Origin: Adineta vaga
Lineage: Eukaryota > Animalia > Rotifera
Length of the DNA: 64,000 nucleotides
Reading direction: 5' to 3'
NCBI GenBank assembly: GCA_021613535.1
Contig: CP075497.1
Location: forward strand, 12,896,001 to 12,960,000
Shown: piece by piece, positions 54,037 to 64,000 of the stretch
Numbering within the stretch: position 1 is the stretch's first letter
How the letters are laid out: each line of letters starts with the position of its first letter
Translations under genes and position numbers: made by a program
Notes under the pieces: model-generated
Told to the model about the DNA's origin: nothing
Databases searched by the model: none
Seen by the model: only the letters and a program-made list of their open reading frames with translations

Positions 54037-54093
54037 ATGAGGGTATGGGTGTGAGACGTTAATAAAAATATAATCCACACACACTCATCCTCA
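54037..54093. repeat. Telomere-like palindromic element
   Basis: ATGAGGGTATGGGTGTGAG ... TCCACACACACTCATCCTCA. Confidence 0.75.
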
Positions 54094-54651
54094 CCGAGTG
54101 TTGTGATGCAGCGCATTACTCGTTTTTCATATTGGATTTCTGGGTCAATACCTTTAAGTTGAACATTAAGAATTATAAAATTCTTAAAAGAAATTATTAC
54201 AATCCTAGCAGACAAATTGTTTAAAAATAGCAAGCGTTTCTCTGTGTAATAGTAAAATGTGGCATGATAGAGACATTTTGAAAAAGAAAAGACGGTTTAA
54301 GATTATTTTTTTACTTGTGAAACTAAAATGCGATAACCATGTCGGTCCTAAAGGGACAATGTAGCATACACAATTAACACGTTTCACAATGAGAGAAAGG
54401 CAAGCATAAGCATAGCGGAGCGAAAGAGAAGAATAATTTGCATGTCTTTTTTTTCCATACAACATTGATATGTACATTCCATCGAGATAAGATACGTTGT
54501 GCGTAGACATATAGCTTGTTGAATTATAATCAATGACACAGTAGAAATAAACAGTGTGTTTTGGGTTCGGAGAGGTGAGATCGAACTTGATACGTTCCAA
54601 TTTAGATTCAGAGATGTATCTCATTCATTTGGACTCTCCGAATAGTTAAGA

Positions 54652-55713
54652 TTATTGATTATTAGTACGAGTGGTCAATTGTCTGCCAGTATTAGTAGCA
54701 GTTGCAGGATTTACGACAGATGTCTGTATTCCTAATAGACCAAGAAACTGTTTTCGAAAACTCTTATTTGAAATTATTGATACATAAAAACCTCCAGCAG
54801 CAAATAAATAAGAAGATAATCGAATGAAAGCAACAATTAATTGTTCCCAGGCTATTAGTAAAGGTGATTTTATCCAGTAATCAGTAAACATACGATAAAG
54901 AATAAAAACTCCAAATGGAACATAATTAATTATAGCAAGGACAGATTGTAGAAATAACATAATCGTTAATTGTAAATCAATTTGTTGATTATGATCTTGA
55001 CCCTGCATAGCTGCACGCCGTTTAGTCACACTTCGAACACTATGCCAAAGTAGACCAGCGAGTATAATGACAACCAGAGGTGAACCTACTGCTGAAAGAG
55101 ATACATCCAGATAAGTATCAAAAGTTCTGTAGATGCCTTCTTGAGCCCGACAGCTTTCACCAGTATTAGTATAAAAAATGAGACGATGACTAGTAATTAC
55201 TATCCAAACAAGAGCATTTAATATTATTATTTTGTAAGCAAGAGAAACACGATTACTCCATTGTCGTAATTCTAGAATAAAAAAGAATATTAGTAAAAGT
55301 GATTCAATGTTACTATACTTACTATTCGAACGTTGTGCTGATAAAATTCGATCAAGTGTAGCAAATAAAAACAGTGTATTTTCATTTTGATACATAAATA
55401 ATGAAATAAATTCTCGAATTCTACAAAATACATCTGATGCATCCATTAATGATATTTGAAAACCACTTTCTAATATGCGTGTTAACAGTATACAATCGAG
55501 AATACATAAACTAGCAATATTTTCCCAAAATAAATAAATAAAACAAGCTTGTTTACGATATTTTTGTGATCGAAATACAAGTATACTGCCGATACATCCT
55601 ACATTTCCAGCAATCAATATAAAGATTCCACCCCAAATCATTACATGAAGTCCAACACTTTTAAGTATATTGTCAAGGTTGTTGGACATATCGCTTGTTC
55701 CACTATTATTCAT
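54652..55713 (-). CDS. Class A GPCR, 2 exons
   Basis: 7TM with ATLDRI. A 51-bp in-frame intron (55272-55322) is read through by the ORF caller. Confidence 0.85.
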   Translation of the reverse strand: MNNSGTSDMSNNLDNILKSVGLHVMIWGGIFILIAGNVGCIGSILVFRSQKYRKQACFIYLFWENIASLCILDCILLTRILESGFQISLMDASDVFCRIREFISLFMYQNENTLFLFATLDRILSAQRSNSKYSNIESLLLIFFFILELRQWSNRVSLAYKIIILNALVWIVITSHRLIFYTNTGESCRAQEGIYRTFDTYLDVSLSAVGSPLVVIILAGLLWHSVRSVTKRRAAMQGQDHNQQIDLQLTIMLFLQSVLAIINYVPFGVFILYRMFTDYWIKSPLLIAWEQLIVAFIRLSSYLFAAGGFYVSIISNKSFRKQFLGLLGIQTSVVNPATATNTGRQLTTRTNNQ

Positions 55714-56220
55714 TTTTTTTCTTACCGAGTTTTGAAGTAAATATCCTGTAGAAAATAACGTAAGTGAAAGGATAAGAATAATTCAAAGAGATATTTATAA
55801 GACTAAAATGTAACGTCTTCTATAGAAAAAACAAATTTTTTGTTACTTTATTTACAAGTACATTATTGATGAGAGAACGATTCAGACCCTGATTTTTTTA
55901 CTATTTTTATTTATTCGTATTTCATTTTATATGATTTATTAAAATCATGAAAAGTTTGAAAGAATTTTTGTCAATATCATATTTCTTTCAGAATATATAT
56001 TCGTCAGAAGACGATTGAAGTAGATGACAGGCTTGTATGATGTTTTTGATTGAGTACTTCTTTTGAAAATGATCATATAATCATTATAGATTTTCAATTC
56101 TCCAGTAGAGTTTATGTTTTCTTTATCTATTATGCACGACGTAATCATAAATATTTAGTCTTTTTTGTATATTTCCCAGACAGATTCGTCCACTTACTGA
56201 TTCTAACTCTGATCACCATG

Positions 56221-56259
56221 TTGAGGGTGTGAGTGTAGACTATTACATTACACTCTCAA
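56221..56259. repeat. Telomere-like palindromic element
   Basis: TTGAGGGTGTGAGTGTA ... TACACTCTCAA. Confidence 0.75.
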
Positions 56260-57155
56260 TATACCACTCAAAAGTGGACGGAGACAATAATTCACATAGG
56301 AACTCCATATAGAATTGATACATGTTAACTAACTAGTGATAGCGCTAGTGTACGAAATAAAAAAACGACTTTTACAACAGAATAGATTGGTTGATGTTTC
56401 AATACCAAAAGCTAAACTTAATATTCTTGGTAGGAGACTTGTTACTAATGTACTAATATTGAAAACAGATGAAAATAATAAAAAGAAATGAACAAGGATT
56501 TGATCGAGTAGAAAATAATATATAAAGATTAATCAGATTTCCAATTAAACCAAAATTAAATATTATTAAACCAGCATATGTACTAAACTTATATTTCCAA
56601 AGATACTCAATGATACTGTTGATGACATTGATGGAGAAGTTAATGAATACATATATCTATGAATACTTCAAAGTATTTCATCGGATCATCTAGACGTTCA
56701 TTTATATCTTTACATTTAATGGCAAAGAGTTTTTAACATTTCAAAGGCGGAATTACATCAAACACAGGTCATGTTGGATACAATTATTTTGATAGTATCG
56801 AAGTATATTTTAGATGAACTTGTTCTCTGGAATTTCACATATGTCGAACTTGAAAGTTCTGTTCAATTGAATTCAAGTATCGAAGTTAACACTACTGATC
56901 AAAACGACGAATTTGTCAATTTGATGAAAAAGGTACCGGGAGTGACACCAATAATATATGTTCCAATTCCACTCTATAATCTCCTATTTTTTTAAATTGA
57001 TTACGGTGATTTGAAAATTCTATTAGTATTTTTATCTATAATGCCATCTAAATTGAAAATATAATCCCTTGTTTTTAATGTTACTCCTCTTCAAAACAAT
57101 AGAATACATATTTATAAAATGCACTATTCTCTATTTAGGTATTAGAATCTAAAAT

Positions 57156-60001
57156 ATGGTGTATCAGTACGTTTTTCATTTTTTCGTTATCGATCTATTA
57201 CTGGTTGTAGTTGCAGGCATATCAGGTACGTTCGTATCAACAATTAAATATTTCTTTGTCAGTATACTATTCTATGATGTACTATTGTAGATGATACTTA
57301 TCAGCAACAAACAAGACAGATTAGGTAAAAACTATTGATCTTGAAGTTGTGGACGAGAAGAAGAAAGTGCTATATACTCTCTTTTTATGTATTTAATCGA
57401 TTTTCTAGTCGACAACTGTTGGTCGATCAACGTGGTAGCACTCCATACAAAACCATTGCATCTGCAGTTGCTGTTGTTGCTCCTGGTGACACAATTATCT
57501 TGGTCAAAGGCAGTGGTCCATATCGCGAGTCTCTCAATATTAAGAGAAATGGTACTGCCACAGCTCCTATTCTAGTTGAAGGTAACGGTGAGACTATCAC
57601 TGGTTTTGATCCGATGCGTTTCACATTCGATGGTACGGTTTGGATCTATACACTCTCAAAACCATTCGACACGGCACCAGTTGTTATTACAAAGGATGGT
57701 CGACGTATTCTTCAGGATCAAGACACTGGTAAATTTCTTGGACCTATAAAATTGCGGGATGATGGGAAAACTTTCGAACTTACTCTTGATACTTCGACCG
57801 ACGGTTGGGAAATCTCTACTCGTTTGTCCGTGGTTGCTATCACTGATACTTCTCACCATGTCTATCGTAACATAATTGCCACTGGTAGTTTAAATGATGG
57901 TTTCAATCTTCATGGTTATGGTATTAATATTATCTTCGAGAATATCGCCGGCTACAACAATCTCGATGAGGGCTTCTCATCACACGATACAATCTCATGC
58001 ACAGTTACTAATGGTCGTTTCTGGAGTAATGACAACGGTATGGCAAATGTCAATAACTGTATTACGAATGTTACCAATGTGATGATTCACGATAATGTTG
58101 GTTTCGGTCTCTGGTTGACTGACAACACTACAAGCAACTTAGTTGATATTCGTGTTTGGAATAATGGTGCTGCTCAGTTCCGTATCGATAGTCGCGCCAC
58201 AGGTACAGCTACGAGACTCTCAGTATGGAAACAGTCGTGGAATACACCACCTTGGTGTCGTTACATGGAATCGAAAACCGTTAAGAATTCGATAGCACTG
58301 GGTGGTAACGCTGCTTATAGTCCTATTCCATTTTGGAGAGGAAAACCCGAAATCATGAATACATCCACCATGCCTATTCCTATCAATCCGACGAGTAATA
58401 CTACTGTGCCTAGTATCGCAGCTTTGATTCAAAATGCTCTTGTAACTGGCCGTTCGCTTGTCGTTTTCCCAGCTGGAATTCATCGCATTACAGATCAAAT
58501 CAATGTTCTTAATGCCAACAATCTTGAGATTGATGGTACAGGTGCAACTTTGATGATGATCACTCGTCGACGTAGCATCTTTTACATCTCAAAAGCAAAA
58601 ACTTTAATCATTCGTGGTTTAACACTCGACTATGATCCACTTCCGTTTACTCAAGGTACAATAACTGCTGTTACATCGAGTATAATCACGTTCATCGTGC
58701 ACAATGGCTATCCTGATCTTAGTACCGATTTTGGTCGAACGCCACCTACACATTTGTTCAAGCCGGATGGTCGACGGCATCCAGATGCTTATGATTTCTA
58801 CAAGCCCTCTCTGAATATTACTACGAATCGAACGGGTACTTTAACCAAAACTGGCCCTAACTGGCCCGCTACTCTTGCTATTGGTGATTTCATTGTACTT
58901 GATCGTCGCGAAGTTGATGCTACAAACGCTGTTAATATCTATGAATGTACTGGTCTAGTTACCTTTGAAGATGTTACAATACTCAGTTCACCTACTCTTG
59001 GTTTTGCCGGTCGCTATAATCGCGATGTTGTCATTTTCCGTCGCGTCACACTACGACCTGGTGCAAAGCCAAATGATGCAATTCAGCCACGGTTGTTTTC
59101 TACGAATGCTGATGCCATTAACTTTGTGCAATGCCGCAAAGGACCACTCATTGAAAACTGCGACATATCTCATCAGGGTGATGATTCTCTTAATGTACAC
59201 GGCTATTTCTTCAAGATAAATCAAGTACTTTCGGACACAAGCTTCCAGTTCACTTATCCAAGCCCTTCTGGTTTCCTCAATCCTATACAAGCTAATGATA
59301 CTGTGCGTCTACACGCTAACGGTAATTTCAACATAATTGGTACGGCGAAATTTGCTTCGGGCAGATTACTGAATACTAGTGGTGGAATTACTACATACGA
59401 GATCCATCTTTCAGCTCCACCTACTACACCACTCACTGTCGATCAATGGTTTGACGTTCTTGAAGTTAATTGCCCAGACTATCTCGTTCGCGATAGCTAT
59501 TTTCATGATCATCGTGGACGTGGTTTGCGTATTATGGCTAGCAATGGTCTCGTTGAACGAAATTACTTTGAACGTCTTACTAAATGTGCCATTTCTATTG
59601 GTCCTGAACTTGGATACTGGCGCGAAGCAGGCTGGGTGAGTAACGTCACAATAAAAAATAATACCATACATGATATTGGTGTGGATGTCAGTCTATCTGC
59701 GGCAGGTATTGTTACGCCTGGTGCTATTAGTGTTTTCGTTCATACCGACAAAAACTCACCACCTTACCCGAACAATCATAGAAACATTACTATTCAGGAC
59801 AACAACATCGAAGAAACATCTGTAGCTGGCATCCATGCCTATGCTGTGGCTGGTCTTATTGTGCGTGGCAACACACTTTTTCATACAAATCGCATTCGTG
59901 GTCCAGGTACCGATAGTTTTACTGGTCTTGTAACTACGGGACCAATTTCGGTCTCTGCTGCTAGTAATGTTATCCTTGAGGATAACCATATTATTGAATA
60001 A
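57156..60001 (+). CDS. Secreted right-handed parallel beta-helix protein (two modules, putative carbohydrate-active enzyme)
   Basis: Exons 57156-57225 (signal peptide), 57291-57324 and 57409-60001 join in frame. YKTIASAV..VAPGDTI, NDGFNLHG, NADAINF, QGDDSLNVHG and HRGRG are beta-helix motifs. Confidence 0.85.
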
Positions 60002-60040
60002 ATACATATATAACTTGAAACTTGAATTCACCTATTCAAG

Positions 60041-60130
60041 CTGAGTGTAAGGATGTTGGGTGAGTATAGGTGTGAAGGCGAGGGAAAGGTTGAATGAAGA
60101 GAATAACGACACCCACACCCTCATTCTCAG
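60041..60130. repeat. Telomere-like palindromic element
   Basis: CTGAGTGT..TTGGGTGAGTATAGGTGTG ... GACACCCACACCCTCATTCTCAG. Confidence 0.7.
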
Positions 60131-60237
60131 GAAATTTTATTTGTTACGTTAAAAATTGTTCATGTTTTGTTAATCAAAATATGAATGTGTTCTAAAAAAT
60201 GTTCATGACATATTACTTTTTCTCTGCAGTGATTAGA

Positions 60238-61497
60238 TTATCCCAAAAAAGGTACTCTGATTGGCGTCTATAGAGAATTAAAAATAAAAAGATAAATATT
60301 ACTTGACGTAGTCGAAGAACATCAGCCAGATGTTGTACAGCTTGATCACCAATTTGATTTTTTTGTAGATCAAGTGTTAGCAGTGTCTATTGCAAATGCT
60401 TAGTATCTTTCAATGAGAAGAAAATTAACAGAAGCATGCAATACTTGATTTTTTCGTAGACCATCACTCAAATATTGTGCACCTTCTACATGAATTTTAT
60501 TATACGACAGGTCTAAAGTTGTCAGAGTCTAATAGAAAAGTTTTCAATATATTGATAAAAAAGCAACATTGAAATCATATATTTGATTTACGAGCAGAGC
60601 AGAACCAAGATATTTCATTCTTACATCTCCGATTTCATTCGATGAAATATCTAAACGTGTCAGTGTCTACAGTGAATGGTCTGCTAAAATAAAATGCCTA
60701 TGAAGTAATTACTTGATTTTGTTGTAGACCATTGCTAAGATATTCGGTTCCTTTTGGACCAATCTGATTTGCCCTTAGGTCTAGCGATGTGAGTGTCTTT
60801 AAAAATTAGAGTACATAGGAACAGAATTCGAAAAAGACCCAACTTGATTTAATCCAAGAACTTCACCAAGAAACTTTGCTTCATCATCACCTATTTGATT
60901 ATTCGATAAGATTAAAGTGGTGATTGACTGACAAGGAACAAAAAATATATAAAATCACTTGAACAAAAGAAAAATGACTCGATTTTGCTTAAGACCTTCT
61001 GCAAAATTTTCTATCCCTTCGCCACGAAGACAGTCTTCCGCAATAGTCAAACGGATAAGAGTCTGTCAAAAAATATATGACGTATTTGTCGGAAAAGAAG
61101 AAAAGATTTTACTTGATTTTGTTTGAAAACGTCTCCAAAATACTGTATTCCTTTCGATAAGATTGAATTATCGCGAAAAGATAAATTGATTACTGTCTAT
61201 AAGAAAATAAGATGTTTCAGATGACGCAATAATAAAGACGAGAAACAGATCTCATTACTCGATTTTCTCGCAATCCATCGGCAAGATATTTCGCTCCTAT
61301 ATGACTCAGTAGAGTTTGAGTAAAAAATAACCCCGTAATCGTTTGTGCAACACAATAATTAATATAATAAAATAACAAACAGAATGTACAATACTTGATT
61401 TTGTCAAAGTGCCAACCCAAGAAGTTGAGCACGTGTATCTTAAATGTTTAAGTGTCCGTTGTATAAAAAGCAATTATGATTTTGTTTTTAAAATTGT
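60238..61497 (-). pseudogene. RNI-like (NLRC3-type) LRR gene built from 84-nt exons, with splice-site lesions
   Basis: Six exact 84-nt GT-AG exons, each one LRR (e.g. TLTTLDLSYNKIHVEGAQYLSDGLRKNQ). Two more have a mutated donor (60582) or acceptor (61343). Confidence 0.75.
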
Positions 61498-63082
61498 CTA
61501 TGAAAATGAATGAATGAAAATTATCAATTGCAGAATAGAATCTTAACTTGGTCTTTCAAAGTATATAAAAGCATTTGTTATTTCGAGACTATTGAATTTG
61601 TTGGATTATGTCTATAATATTTTGCTTTTTTTATGATATTTAATATTTAGATTGAAAGCCTGATTTATTTGGTATTTTGAACTATATTTCTTTTCGATAT
61701 TAGTTATTTACCTATTAATGAAATTTACTTCGAACGAGAAGATCAATATTAAACGACGAATGGATTAGACGCGTTTCAGTTAAATCAGGTAGAAAAATAT
61801 ATGTAATTTCATCTCAGATTCAAACATAATCAACATGACATTCTGATGATCATAGCTTGCGCTGGTATATAGATAATATTTACAGAATTAAATATCTTAT
61901 AAAGAGTTTCATTTGAAATCTCGCCTATTTGATATTTATCACCAAAAACTACTTTTACAACAATGACTTCAGATAATGAGAATGAAAGAATAGAAAAACA
62001 AGCTTTTAATCTCATTCGTAAGATATTTTATAAAAGTATACGAATACTTGTAAAAAAGGCTCTTCTTTGTGATATTTTTCTTTTGTGTTCGCTGCTTTGA
62101 CGTATAGTTATTGCACCATATCAATTCATTTTCAATTTAATATACTATTCTATTTAAATTATATACGGAGGTCCGAAAGTGGTGGTTTAACATTCTGTGA
62201 GTCAATCTAACTATTGAAACTTAATATCACCATCTTTCCTCATGACCTTCTTTTTTCCACTCGTTCTAATCATGATCTATTCAATGATAAGCCAACAGAT
62301 GATTTTATAGCTGATTTTTCGAGTAATCAAATAGAAATCTTTAGTTTTATTTGTATCGTCAATCAATAATTATGATTTTTAATAATTTATCAAACTAAAT
62401 CATTAATAGAATTTCGAATTTTCTTTATCTCATGCGTAATTATGATTATACTCTCTATTATTAACATCAAAATACACATTTCACAATATGTGGAAAAAAC
62501 CATTAGAGATTTCTACATGTTTATGTAATTCATTCTTATACGACGTAAACAGATATATTTTTTTCTTCTTTCCTTCATATGTGTCTGGCTTGTTTATGAC
62601 GCATTTAGTCAGATTGTATTATCCTTGTATGGAGTTTTTTCCTTTGTCACACTTTCTCTTCCATTTAAATACACATGTTCGTATTACATTTAGAGTGTAT
62701 TAAGATATTCTGATGGCAAGCAATAAATGTATTGTACATTCTCGTAAGAATGTATCGAAATTTCATACTGCTGTTAATCAGCTTCGTTGTGGAAACATGT
62801 TTTCTAATGATGTTTATGAAGAATTACCAAAACGATGCTGTTCATGTAATGGAAAGAAAGGTAAATACAGATTTAATTAATAAGAATTTGATGATTTATA
62901 TCACGATTTATAGGATTAAAGAGAATTGATCTTGAAATTCTACGTGAAATATGTAAAGATATTATGTTGTCATTATCTTCTACACTCAAATTTCGTTTCT
63001 CATCAAATATAAACAAGTTTGTTAAATTATATTCAAGTTAAGAATTAAATATTTATCATCTGAATGTATTTAGATATTTGTT

Positions 63083-64000
63083 GATGGAGACAGATGAGGA
63101 AAGTGATGCAACAGATGATGAAGGATCATAAGATTCAATTCCGAGTATACAAATATTCGCGTCACGACGATTCCACGCGAGATTTATCAGCAACACTTTC
63201 TCGTACCTTCGCCCATCCTTCTCCACACTGCGCAGAAGTACCGCGTTACTTCCTACTTCTAGAAATGACAAGGAGAATGATATAGATGATAAACATACAT
63301 CATCCAATCAAGAAAATACAGAGAATGAGTTCTTGAAAGGTATATTCACATCTCACTAATTTAAATCATTTACTTGATTTCAATTTATTTGTTTTATAGT
63401 TTTAGAAACGTTCAAAGTAACAACAGTAACAGATGGATGTATTGTACATAATTCAAAATATCCATCAAAATTTAATTATGCTGTTAATTTAATTCGACGT
63501 GGAAAGAAGTTTAAAAATGATATTTATCATCAATTACCCAAACGATGTTGTTCATGTGATGGAAAAACAGGTAAATATTCTATTGATAAATAGATTTCTT
63601 ATGTTTATTGTCATTTTAGGTTTGAATGTGATCGATCTCAATGTCTTGATTAGTAAATGTGATGAAATTGCAGCAGATAAATCATTACAACCAATATTAC
63701 ATGATTCTTTCCATGTTTTTACTCTTCCCTTTAAAACAGCAACATGTCTTCAAGAACGTAACACAAGAATTTCTCGTTTTATAGGAAGAAAAGGTCAAAA
63801 TTTAAATGCTCTACAAGATAAATACAATGTTTATGTTCACATTATCGATAAATCTTCTAACAAAACACTTCGTAAAAGAATAAGTGACAAAGTCGAAAAA
63901 AATATTGAAATACAAAAGATAATTGATTCAAATGAACTTTACGTGTTAATTAGAAGAAAAAACAAATCAGTGATAGATCCGATTCCAATTAATGAAATAA
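63083..64000 (+). CDS. KH-domain protein, partial (runs off the window; 5' exon has an in-frame TAA)
   Basis: SRFIGRKGQNLNALQDKYNVYVHII is a KH GxxG motif. Exons ~63400-63570 and ~63620 to the window end. Confidence 0.6.

Noticed and set aside
56560-56870. Possible hAT dimerisation-domain relic (DIDGEVNEY...MAKSF)
   Set aside because: Too degraded to support without a search.
57335-60001. Bacterial contamination
   Set aside because: The gene has spliceosomal introns at its 5' end and is contiguous with intron-bearing animal-type genes.
7201-60130. CRISPR-like or true telomere interpretation of the G/C-rich repeats
   Set aside because: Copies are dispersed, degenerate and inverted, not a regularly spaced direct-repeat array or a long terminal tract, and there are no cas genes.

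Overview
AT-rich, intron-containing eukaryotic DNA (short ~50-60 bp GT-AG introns). Gene content points to a bdelloid rotifer (inference): expanded rhodopsin-like GPCRs, LDLa/EGF-7TM giants, NHL/mucin, NACHT, ART-TPR, 84-nt-exon LRR, a DYW deaminase and intron-poor foreign-looking enzymes. About 20 genes or gene relics are present, roughly half with stops or frameshifts, plus a hAT transposase relic and a MITE. The two most striking observations are not visible in the ORF track. (1) A dispersed family of about 15 short (~40-90 bp) palindromes whose arms are telomere-like hexamers (TGTGGG/TGAGGG ... CCCACA/CCCTCA, consensus ends TTGAGGGTG...CACCCTCAA), about one per 4 kb and essentially non-coding. 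(2) A 4-exon, ~178-aa E-DYW cytidine-deaminase gene with intact HSE/CxxC zinc ligands but no PPR array. Three HGT candidates are also present: an SDR, a plant/fungal-type glutamate decarboxylase and a double beta-helix secreted enzyme.
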